A stretch of DNA of 64,000 nt. It comes from an uncultured Chloroflexia bacterium. GTDB lineage: Bacteria; Chloroflexota; Limnocylindria; Limnocylindrales; CSP1-4. The stretch is from positions 2,720,001-2,784,000 of the forward strand of contig OY970218.1 in assembly GCA_963713975.1 (NCBI GenBank). The letters are read 5' to 3'. The position numbers and the translations under genes were made by a program. This document shows, one piece after another, positions 29,966-38,341 of the stretch. The notes below the pieces were generated by a model. The model saw only the letters and a list, made by a program, of their open reading frames with translations, was not told the origin of the DNA and did not search any database. Each line of letters opens with the position of its first letter. The stretch's first letter is position 1.

Positions 29966-30538
29966 GTGGAAGGGCGCGCAGATGCCGAAGGCGATGAGCG
30001 GGAACTGGTCGAGCGGGCGAGGGTCGATCCGTCGGCCTTCGCCGAGCTCTACAGGCGATACCTGCCGCGTGTCTATGCGTTCGCCTATCGCCGGACAGGT
30101 GCGGTGGAGGTCGCCGAGGACATCACCTCGGCGGCCTTCGAGCGCGCGCTGCGCAACCTGGGCTCCTTCGCGTGGCGGCCGGGCGGCTTCGGGCCGTGGC
30201 TGTTCCGCATCGTCGCCAACGAGCTTGCCGACCATTACCGCCGGGCCGGACGTTCCGGCTCCGAGCGCACCGCGGTCGCGCTGCGCAACCTGCATGCCCA
30301 GGAGCCGCCTGATCCCGCGGACGAGGTTGGCGCCCGTGACGCCGTCGCGGAGGTGCTGGCCGCAATGGACCTCCTGAGCCCCCGCTACCAGCAGGCGCTC
30401 TCGCTGCGGTATCTCGCGGGGCTCAGCCCCGACGAGGCGGCGGCCGCCATGGGCACGTCCAAGGCGACGATGGCAGTCGTGGTCCACCGCGCGACGCGGG
30501 CGCTGCGCAAGGCCCTCACGACGGAGGACGGGTCGTGA
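29966..30538 (+). CDS. ECF sigma factor
   Basis: AFAELYRRY, AEDITSAAF, WLFRIVAN, region-4 HTH; leaderless start. Confidence 0.92.
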   Translation: MEGRADAEGDERELVERARVDPSAFAELYRRYLPRVYAFAYRRTGAVEVAEDITSAAFERALRNLGSFAWRPGGFGPWLFRIVANELADHYRRAGRSGSERTAVALRNLHAQEPPDPADEVGARDAVAEVLAAMDLLSPRYQQALSLRYLAGLSPDEAAAAMGTSKATMAVVVHRATRALRKALTTEDGS

Positions 30539-31623
30539 GCGACGACACCCGCCGCCAGCTCGACGAGGCCGGCAGGCGACCCGTGCCACCGCCGGACCCC
30601 GCGTTCGCTGACGGCCTCGAGGGGCGTCTCCGGGCCGTTGCCTCGAGCCTGCCCCCGGCGTCGCCGCGTCCGCCGCGGCGACGGTGGATCGTGACCAGCC
30701 GGGGACTGCTCGGAGCCGGCATGGGGCTGGCCGGGCTCGCGCTTGCCATCGCCGTTGGCGCGTCTGTCCTGGCTCCTCGTCCCTCGGCAGGCCCGGCCCC
30801 TGAGCTGGCCGGGCTCGTCAACGTCGAGGTCGCGCTCATCGACGGCACGACCCTCGAGGATCCCGACGGCCTCCTCCTCCCCGAGGGCGCCGTCGTCACG
30901 GTCGGGCAGGGAGGGTCGGCGCGGGTCGGCGACACCGTCCTTGGCCCCGGTGACACGGCCACGATGCGCGATGGCCGCCTCCAGGTGGAGCACCAGTCTC
31001 CGGTCGCGGTGCTGCCCCAGCCGACGCCCACCCGCTCAAGACCTCCAGAAGAGACCGGCCGACCCGCCTCGCAGCCACCCGCCTCGCAGCCACCGCAACG
31101 ATCCCCATCGCCGACGCCGGGCGGGGCCGCGACCGCTTCGCCCCCGTCTGCGGCGACGTCCACGCCATCGCCGTCGCCGACCGCGCGGCCCGCGCGCACG
31201 GATCCATCTCCGGCCGCCACCTCCACCTCCAAGCCGGCGATCCACCGGCCCGTGCTCCGGGCACGCCTGATCAGCGGCCCGCGCGTGGCGGTGCGCTGGA
31301 CGGCCACCCGGGGGGCGCACAGCTACCTCCTGCTCGCCACGTGGTCCACGTCCGGACCCGCCCCGAAACCGACCTACCCGGCCGCCCCGGGCACTCGGAT
31401 CGTCGGCGAGTTCGCCAGCCCGCCAGCACAGGCGCTCCGGATGCGGGTGCCTGACGGGGTCGTGGAGGTTCGGCTCCGGGTGGTCGCCCTGCGGCCCGAT
31501 GGCACGGTGCTCCGGCAGAGCCGGGTAGTGACGGTGACGATCGCCCCCAACGCCAGCCTGAGCTCCGACCCCGACGTCAGCCCCAGCCCGAGTCCGACGC
31601 CGACCCCGACGCCGGCCCCCTGA
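30535..31623 (+). CDS. Putative anti-sigma factor with TM, Pro/Ser linker and C-terminal FN3-like domain
   Basis: GTGA overlap; PDPAFADGLEGRL motif; TM segment. Confidence 0.72.
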   Translation: MSDDTRRQLDEAGRRPVPPPDPAFADGLEGRLRAVASSLPPASPRPPRRRWIVTSRGLLGAGMGLAGLALAIAVGASVLAPRPSAGPAPELAGLVNVEVALIDGTTLEDPDGLLLPEGAVVTVGQGGSARVGDTVLGPGDTATMRDGRLQVEHQSPVAVLPQPTPTRSRPPEETGRPASQPPASQPPQRSPSPTPGGAATASPPSAATSTPSPSPTARPARTDPSPAATSTSKPAIHRPVLRARLISGPRVAVRWTATRGAHSYLLLATWSTSGPAPKPTYPAAPGTRIVGEFASPPAQALRMRVPDGVVEVRLRVVALRPDGTVLRQSRVVTVTIAPNASLSSDPDVSPSPSPTPTPTPAP

Positions 31624-31697
31624 CGCGCCAACCGCCGCGTTTCGCGTCGCCGGCTCGCGGGTGCCCGACACGAGTCCCCGGTGTAGGATCGGCCCCC

Positions 31698-32663
31698 ATG
31701 GAATCCGATCAGCCTCGCACCGCCGCCGCAGCGGCTGCAACCCGTTCCTCGGCCCGCGACGGGCGCCCGGAGGCGACCCGCAGCATCGAGGGCATCACGG
31801 CCGCGTTCCGCGATCACGGCTACATCGCCGAGCGCTCGCTCGCAACCACCGTGTTCCTGGCGCTCGAGCTCGGCCGGCCGCTGCTGCTCGAGGGCGAGGC
31901 GGGCGTCGGCAAGACCGAGCTGGCGAAGGTCCTCGCCACCACCCTCGGGACACGGCTCATCCGGCTCCAGTGCTACGAGGGCCTGGACGTCAACACGGCC
32001 GTCTACGAGTGGAACTACCCCCGCCAGATGCTGGAGATCCGCCTGATGGAGGCGCGCGGCGAGATCGACAAGGCGACGGCGCACGACATCTTCGGCCCGG
32101 AGTTCCTGCTCAAACGGCCCCTGCTGCAGGCGCTTGAGGCGGACGAAGGCACGGCGCCCGTGCTGTTGATCGACGAGATCGACCGGGCTGACGAGGAGTT
32201 CGAGGCGTACCTGCTCGAGATCCTGTCGGACTTCCAGGTGACGGTCCCCGAGATCGGCACGATCCGCGCGAAGATGACGCCCCGCGTGGTGCTCACATCC
32301 AACCGGACCCGCGAGGTCCACGACGCGCTCAAGCGCCGCTGCCTCTACCACTGGATCGACTACCCGACCGCGTCCAAGGAGTTCGAGATCGTCTCCACGC
32401 GCGTGCCGGACGCACCCGCTCGGCTCGCCCGGGAGGTCGTCCAGTTCGTCCACCGCCTGCGCGCCGCGGATCTGACCAAGGTCCCGGGCGTTGCGGAGAC
32501 GCTCGACTGGGCGTCCGCGCTGCTGTCACTGGGGGCGGCGGAGCTGAGCCCCGACATCGTCGACGAGACCCTGGGTGTCGTCCTCAAGTACGAGGAGGAC
32601 ATCCGGACCGTGCGCGGCGCAACGGCCGCCCACTACCTCGCCGAGGCGACCGCCCAGGCGTAG
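31698..32663 (+). CDS. coxD: MoxR-family AAA+ ATPase CoxD
   Basis: LLEGEAGVGKT, RLQCYEGLD, LLIDEIDRADEEFE, EVHDALKRRC. Confidence 0.92.
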   Translation: MESDQPRTAAAAAATRSSARDGRPEATRSIEGITAAFRDHGYIAERSLATTVFLALELGRPLLLEGEAGVGKTELAKVLATTLGTRLIRLQCYEGLDVNTAVYEWNYPRQMLEIRLMEARGEIDKATAHDIFGPEFLLKRPLLQALEADEGTAPVLLIDEIDRADEEFEAYLLEILSDFQVTVPEIGTIRAKMTPRVVLTSNRTREVHDALKRRCLYHWIDYPTASKEFEIVSTRVPDAPARLAREVVQFVHRLRAADLTKVPGVAETLDWASALLSLGAAELSPDIVDETLGVVLKYEEDIRTVRGATAAHYLAEATAQA

Positions 32664-32673
32664 GGCCGGGATC

Positions 32674-34068
32674 ATGGCCATGTCCCACCCCGGATCCCCG
32701 CTGCTCCGTGCCCCGACGGGCGAGCTGATCGATGGCCGGCGGCTGCTTGCTGAGGCCGTCGGCTTCGGACGTGCGCTGCGCGTCGCGGGCCTGTCGGTGG
32801 ATCTCGGTGCCGCGATCGACTTCGCGCGGGCCCTCGAGCTTGATGGCGTCGATCTCGGGCGGCGGGCAGTCGTCAAGGACACGGGTGCGGCCCTGTTCGT
32901 GCGACGGCGTGATGACCGCGAGATCTACGATCGGGTGTTCGACCAGTTCTGGCGCCGACGGGGCCGCAAGCTCGCCAAGCCGCGGCTGGAAGGTGCGACA
33001 CCCGACGCCGACCGCGAGGAGGGCGAGCCGGGCGCAACGGACGAGTCCGGCGAAGATGGCCGTGACGCCACGATGACCGAGCTCGCGACCCTGGGCGTCC
33101 AGGTGGCCACCGACGCGGAGGACGGCGCCGAGATCGAGGGCACGACGATCTCCCCCGACGCGTACTCGAAGGGCGAGGTCCAGCGCCACCGCGACTTCGA
33201 CCGGATGACCGCCGCCGAGCTTCGCGACGCCGAGCGGTTCGTGGACCTGCTCCGGCCGAAGCTGGAGCGGCGACGGACGCGGCGCTTCGAGCTGCATCCG
33301 CACGGCCGGCGGCTTGCGGCGCGGGCGATGTTCCGCCAGAACCTCGCGACGGGCGAGCTCACCGAGTGGGTCTGGCGGCGGCAGATCAAGGAGCCCCGCC
33401 AGCTCGTCGTCCTGTGCGACATCTCGGGCTCGATGGAGCGCCACTCGCGGCTCCTCTTGCGCTTCGTCCAGGCGCTCGCGCGGACGAACGAGGTGCGCAC
33501 CGAGTCGTTCGTGTTCGGGACGCGCCTCACCCGTGTCACCCGCCTGATGAAGGACCGGGACCGGGATCGCGCTCTCGCGAAGGTCGCCGACACCGTGACG
33601 GACTGGGCCGGCGGAACGCGGATCGGCGAGTCCTTCCGCGATTTCAACCGCACGTGGGCCCGGCGGACGCTGCGCACGAGCGGCATCGTGATCGTCGTGT
33701 CCGACGGGTGGGATCGGGGTGACCCCGCGCTCGTCGCCGCGGAGACCGCACGCCTGCGTCGGAACTGCCATCGGCTCGTGTGGCTCAACCCGCTGGCATC
33801 GGCACCGGGATACCAGCCGCTCGCCGCCGGGATGAAGGCCGCGTTCCCGTTCATCGACGACTTCCTGCCCGCGGGCACGCTCGCGTCGCTCGAGCGCCTC
33901 GGAGAGGTGCTCGCCGGCACGTCGCAGGGCCCCTCGCGGCGGGGGGCGGCCGTGACCCATGCCACGACGGTCACGCCATCGATGGGCCTCGTCGCGCCCG
34001 AGGCAACGCCTCCGCGCGTGCTCGAGACCCCGCACCTTGACGCAGACCGCGCGCGTCCGCTCGCCTGA
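32674..34068 (+). CDS. coxE: VWA-domain protein CoxE
   Basis: LCDISGSME, FVFGTRLTRVT, GGTRIG, VSDGWDRGD, WLNP. Confidence 0.92.
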   Translation: MAMSHPGSPLLRAPTGELIDGRRLLAEAVGFGRALRVAGLSVDLGAAIDFARALELDGVDLGRRAVVKDTGAALFVRRRDDREIYDRVFDQFWRRRGRKLAKPRLEGATPDADREEGEPGATDESGEDGRDATMTELATLGVQVATDAEDGAEIEGTTISPDAYSKGEVQRHRDFDRMTAAELRDAERFVDLLRPKLERRRTRRFELHPHGRRLAARAMFRQNLATGELTEWVWRRQIKEPRQLVVLCDISGSMERHSRLLLRFVQALARTNEVRTESFVFGTRLTRVTRLMKDRDRDRALAKVADTVTDWAGGTRIGESFRDFNRTWARRTLRTSGIVIVVSDGWDRGDPALVAAETARLRRNCHRLVWLNPLASAPGYQPLAAGMKAAFPFIDDFLPAGTLASLERLGEVLAGTSQGPSRRGAAVTHATTVTPSMGLVAPEATPPRVLETPHLDADRARPLA

Positions 34069-34088
34069 CCGATCCCGGAGGACCCACG

Positions 34089-35222
34089 ATGCAGGAGTTG
34101 CTCGACACGCTGGCCGGCTGGACCGCCGAGGGCGCCGGCGTGGGCCGCGCCGTCGTGGTCCGGACGTTCGGGTCTGCACCCCGGCCCGAGGGGGCCGTGC
34201 TCCTGGTGACCGATGACGGACGGATCGCGGGCTCGGTATCCGGCGGCTGTGTGGAAGGGGCCGCTGCCGAGGAGATCTGGGCAGCGCGCAAGTCCGGTCT
34301 CGAGCGCGTCATCCGCTACGGGATCAGCGACGAGCAGGCATGGGACGTCGGGCTCGCGTGCGGCGGTACGATCGACGTGCTGATCTCGCCGGGGGTCCCG
34401 ACGGTCGCGGTCGAGGCCGCCCGTGAGACGCGCGAGGGACGGGGAGCCGGCCGGGCGATCGTCACGCCGCTCCCGGCCGACGCCCCGCCCGCGAGGTTCG
34501 GCGCACATGCCCCGGGGGATGGGAGCGCCCCGGCCCGGCCGCTGGTGGTCCACGACGACGGGCGGCTCGACGGCTCGCTCGGCGACCCGACGCTCGACCG
34601 GGCACTCGTCGACGCCGCGACCGATGCGCTGGCACACGGCATCTCGCGGACGGTGGAGGTCGGCGGCCGGCAGCTGTTCATCGAGGCGTACCCGGTGCGG
34701 CCGCGGCTCGTCGTCGTCGGGGCCGTGGAGGTCTCCCGCACCCTCGTGCGCCTGGCGAGGGAGCTGGGCTACGAGACCGTCGTCATCGACGGGCGGGCCG
34801 CGTTTGCCACCGAGGCGCGCTTTCCCGACGTCGACAGGCTCATCGTGGGCTGGCCGGACGAGGTGGCGGACGAGATCGGGCTCGGCCCCACAGACGCGGT
34901 CGCAGTCCTCACCCATGACGTGAAGTTTGACGAGCCGGCGATCGTCGACGCGCTCGCCCGTGGCTGCCGCTACGTCGGCGCTGTCGGGTCGAGGAAGACA
35001 CAGTCCGACCGGCACGTCCGGCTGCTGGAAGCCGGCGTGGCGCCGGATGATCTCGCGCGGCTTCGCGGACCGATCGGCCTGGACCTCGGTGGGCGGCTGC
35101 CGGCGGAGACCGCCCTCGCGATCATGGCCGAGGTCGTCGCGGAGCGGCGGGCAGGCTCCGGCCGGCCGATGCGCGAGCTCGCCCGCGAGCGAGAGGCGGC
35201 GACGGCGGCCGGGGACGCATAG
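34089..35222 (+). CDS. XdhC/CoxF-family molybdenum-cofactor chaperone
   Basis: GSAPRPEGA, GSVSGGCVE, GLACGG, YVGAVGSRKT, PIGLDLG..PAETA. Confidence 0.92.
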   Translation: MQELLDTLAGWTAEGAGVGRAVVVRTFGSAPRPEGAVLLVTDDGRIAGSVSGGCVEGAAAEEIWAARKSGLERVIRYGISDEQAWDVGLACGGTIDVLISPGVPTVAVEAARETREGRGAGRAIVTPLPADAPPARFGAHAPGDGSAPARPLVVHDDGRLDGSLGDPTLDRALVDAATDALAHGISRTVEVGGRQLFIEAYPVRPRLVVVGAVEVSRTLVRLARELGYETVVIDGRAAFATEARFPDVDRLIVGWPDEVADEIGLGPTDAVAVLTHDVKFDEPAIVDALARGCRYVGAVGSRKTQSDRHVRLLEAGVAPDDLARLRGPIGLDLGGRLPAETALAIMAEVVAERRAGSGRPMRELAREREAATAAGDA

Positions 35223-35225
35223 CCC

Positions 35226-35831
35226 GTGCGGATCGTGGGCGTCGTCCTCGCGGCGGGCAGCGGCAGCCGGTTCGGGTCGGCCAAGCAGCTCGCGCCGCTC
35301 CATGGGCGGCCGCTGCTCCAGCATCCGCTCGATGCGCTGACGGCGGCGGGCGTCGATGATGTCGTCGTCGTGCTGGGCGACGATTTCCGGGCGATCGAGG
35401 CCGCGATCACGTGGCATGGCCAGCGGCGGCGTCTGAACCAGCGGCCCCAGGATGGGCTCGCGAGCTCGCTGCGTATCGGGCTTGACGCCGCTGCCGAGGA
35501 CTCCTCGGTCGAGGCGGTGCTCGTCGTTCTCGGCGACCAGCCGTCGCTGCGTCCCGACGTGATCCGCTCGGTTCTCGACGCGGCCGCCGAGACCGACCGG
35601 CCGATTGTCCGTGTTCGCTGGACGTCGGATGACGCGCCGAACCCCGTGCTCGTCCGTCGCGCGGCCTGGGCCCTCGCGGCCGGGCTCGCCGGCGACCGCG
35701 GGCTCGGCCCGCTCCTCGCGGAGCGCCCGGAGCTCGTAGCGGAGGTTCCGGCGGAGGGAGGCCTCCCGGACGTCGACACGCCGGCGGACCTCGCGCTGCT
35801 CGGCGTGGGGCGGACGGAGCCCTTCCGATGA
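35226..35831 (+). CDS. mocA: Molybdenum cofactor cytidylyltransferase (MocA-like)
   Basis: VLAAGSGSRFG..KQL, LGDQP, DVDTPAD; located in the cox cluster. Confidence 0.85.
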   Translation: MRIVGVVLAAGSGSRFGSAKQLAPLHGRPLLQHPLDALTAAGVDDVVVVLGDDFRAIEAAITWHGQRRRLNQRPQDGLASSLRIGLDAAAEDSSVEAVLVVLGDQPSLRPDVIRSVLDAAAETDRPIVRVRWTSDDAPNPVLVRRAAWALAAGLAGDRGLGPLLAERPELVAEVPAEGGLPDVDTPADLALLGVGRTEPFR

Positions 35832-36673
35832 CGCGCCGAGCCGCGGCCCCGCTGGAGCGGGCCTGGGGCAGGCGGGTGCGCGCCAACCGCGACCAGGCGG
35901 AGCGCGTCCGGGAGACCCAGGCGGGAGACTTCTACGCCCCGGTCTCCTCGCTGTTCGTCGCGGACCCCAGGCGCACCGGGGAGCCGGCGCTCGATGTCCT
36001 CATCGCATCCGCCGATCCGGACGAGACGTGGCTCGACATCGGGGCCGGGGCGGGCCGCTATGCCCTCCCGCTGGCGCTGCGTGTCCGCGAGGTGATCGCC
36101 GTCGAGCCGTCCGCGGGCATGCGCCGTGCGCTGCGCACGGGGATGGGCGAACACGGGATCGGCAACGTGCGCGTCGTTCCCAAGGCGTGGCCCGAGGCCC
36201 TAGACGAGCTGGGCGAGCTCCCCGCAGCGGACGTCGCGCTGATCGCCCACGTCGGCTACGACATCGAGAGGATTGGCCCATTCCTCGACGCGATGGATGC
36301 CGCGACGCGCGGCCACTGCATCGCCGTCCTCACCGATCGGAGCCCGGCGTCCGTCGCCGACCCGTTCTGGCCTCTCGTCCACGACGAGCCGCGCGTCGCC
36401 CTGCCGGCCCTCCCCGAGCTCGTCGAGCTCCTGCACGCGCGAGGCAGCGAGACCGAGGTGCTCCGCGTCGAGCGTCCGCCCCGGACCTTCGACAGCGTGC
36501 CGGCGCTCACCGCGTTTCTCCGGCGCCAGCTGTTCATCGCCGAGGGCGGTGACAAGGATGTCCACTTCCGGGCGATCCTGCCGGACCACATCACGCGCCG
36601 CGATGGCGGCTGGACCCTCATCGATCCACCCCACGGCGCCATCGGAATCGCCACCTGGGGCGCTGGCTCGTAA
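35828..36673 (+). CDS. Class I SAM-dependent methyltransferase
   Basis: WLDIGAGAGRY, AVEPSAGM; ATGA overlap with mocA. Confidence 0.88.
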   Translation: MTRRAAAPLERAWGRRVRANRDQAERVRETQAGDFYAPVSSLFVADPRRTGEPALDVLIASADPDETWLDIGAGAGRYALPLALRVREVIAVEPSAGMRRALRTGMGEHGIGNVRVVPKAWPEALDELGELPAADVALIAHVGYDIERIGPFLDAMDAATRGHCIAVLTDRSPASVADPFWPLVHDEPRVALPALPELVELLHARGSETEVLRVERPPRTFDSVPALTAFLRRQLFIAEGGDKDVHFRAILPDHITRRDGGWTLIDPPHGAIGIATWGAGS

Positions 36674-36747
36674 CGGTCGGCACGTCCCCGCGGGTCCGCC
36701 GCGACGCCCGTGGGGCGGGACAGACGGGGCCCGCGGTGGATAACCCA

Positions 36748-36776
36748 TTGACGCCGTACCGACCCGAACGGATACT
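36748..36776 (+). promoter_or_regulatory. Sigma70 promoter of form I coxMSL (TTGACG-17-GATACT)
   Basis: Near-consensus -35, 17-bp spacer, and the same -10 hexamer as the arsR promoter. Confidence 0.7.
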
Positions 36777-36931
36777 CGCGGTTCCTACAACCCCAATGTC
36801 ACGGCTCCGCGGCCGGTCGCACTCCGGTTGCGGTCCGCAGCCGAGCGTCCAGGCAGCAGCCGAGCCCCCAGCGTCCTGCGACGGGCCCGACAGGAGGTTC
36901 CGCCACCGGGCGGAGGGAGGGATGGCAGGGC

Positions 36932-37804
36932 ATGATCCCCGGTCAGTTCGACTACGTGCGTCCGCGATCGCTGGACGAGACGCTGCACATCCTGAAGGAC
37001 CACGAGGGGGAGGCAAAGATCCTCTCCGGGGGGTACAGCCTGCTTCCCATGATCAAGCTGCGGCTTGCGCAACCGGCGCTCCTCGTCGACATCCAGGCCG
37101 TGACGGGCCTCGACGGGATCCGGCGCACGGACGATGACTGGCGGATCGGCGGGCGGACGACGCACCGCGCGATCCTCGAGCACGACGGGCTTGCCGCCGA
37201 GTACGCGATCATCCGCGATGCCGCGGGCGGCATCGGCGATCAGCAGGTCCGCAACTGGGGCACGATCGGCGGCTCGGTCGCGCATGCCGACCCGAGCTCG
37301 GACTGGCCGGCAGTGCTGCTGGCGCTGCGCGGTTCGGTGGTCGTGCGGAGTCTTGACGGGGAGCGCAGCCTCCCGGCGCGTGGCTTCTTCGTCGACACCT
37401 TCCAGACCGGCATCGAGCTGACCGAGATCCTGACCGAGGTCCGGATCCCGCACGCGGCCCCACGCACCGGGACCGCCTACGTGAAGCTCGAGCGCCGGGC
37501 AGGAGACTTCGCCACCGTCGGAGTCGCCGCTGCGCTCACGGTGGGCGCGGACGGCCTGATCTCGAGCGCGGGCCTCGCCCTCACCGCCGTCAACGACGCG
37601 CCGTTCGCGGCGACGGCCGCCGAGGCGGCCCTCGTCGGGCAGGCACCGGGCGACGCCGCATGGGCCGCGGCGGGCGCAGCCGCCGCCTCCCAGGCCAACC
37701 CCGTCTCCGACAGCCACGGCCCCGCCGACTACAAGGAGGCGATGGTCCGCGAGATCACCGTCCGGGCGCTCCGCAAGGCCGCCGCTCGCGCGCTGGGCGC
37801 CTGA
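36932..37804 (+). CDS. coxM: Aerobic CO dehydrogenase medium (FAD) subunit
   Basis: [44 protein letters not shown]. Confidence 0.93.
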   Translation: MIPGQFDYVRPRSLDETLHILKDHEGEAKILSGGYSLLPMIKLRLAQPALLVDIQAVTGLDGIRRTDDDWRIGGRTTHRAILEHDGLAAEYAIIRDAAGGIGDQQVRNWGTIGGSVAHADPSSDWPAVLLALRGSVVVRSLDGERSLPARGFFVDTFQTGIELTEILTEVRIPHAAPRTGTAYVKLERRAGDFATVGVAAALTVGADGLISSAGLALTAVNDAPFAATAAEAALVGQAPGDAAWAAAGAAAASQANPVSDSHGPADYKEAMVREITVRALRKAAARALGA

Positions 37805-37815
37805 AGGAGCGAACG

Positions 37816-38325
37816 ATGACGAAGCAGCACGTCAAGGTCACCGTCAACGGCACGGAGCGCGAGGCCGACGTCGAGCCTCGCCTGCTCCTCGTCCATCTCC
37901 TTCGCGACGTGTTCGGGCTCACCGGGACGCACACCGGCTGCGACACCAGCAACTGCGGCGCGTGCACCGTCCATGTGAACGGCCGGAGCGCGAAGTCCTG
38001 CACGATGCTCGCCGTCCAAGCGAACGGCGCCGAGATCCGCACGATCGAGGGGATGGAGCAGGGCGGCAAGCTCCACCCGCTCCAGCAGGCGTTCTGGGAC
38101 CAGCACGGCCTCCAGTGCGGCTTCTGCACCCCGGGCATGATCATGCAGTCCGCGTACCTGCTCGAGCAGAACCCCGATCCCAGCGAGGAGGAGATCCGCG
38201 AGGGCATCGCCGGCAACCTCTGCCGCTGCACGGGCTACGTGAACATCGTCAAGGCCATCCAGCAGAGCGCTGTCGAGCTCCGGTCCGCCGATGTGGCGAC
38301 CGAGGCCGGCGCCGCGTCCGCCTGA
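37816..38325 (+). CDS. coxS: Aerobic CO dehydrogenase small (2Fe-2S) subunit
   Basis: [28 protein letters not shown]. Confidence 0.94.
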   Translation: MTKQHVKVTVNGTEREADVEPRLLLVHLLRDVFGLTGTHTGCDTSNCGACTVHVNGRSAKSCTMLAVQANGAEIRTIEGMEQGGKLHPLQQAFWDQHGLQCGFCTPGMIMQSAYLLEQNPDPSEEEIREGIAGNLCRCTGYVNIVKAIQQSAVELRSADVATEAGAASA

Positions 38326-38341
38326 CCGCGAGGAGACGACG

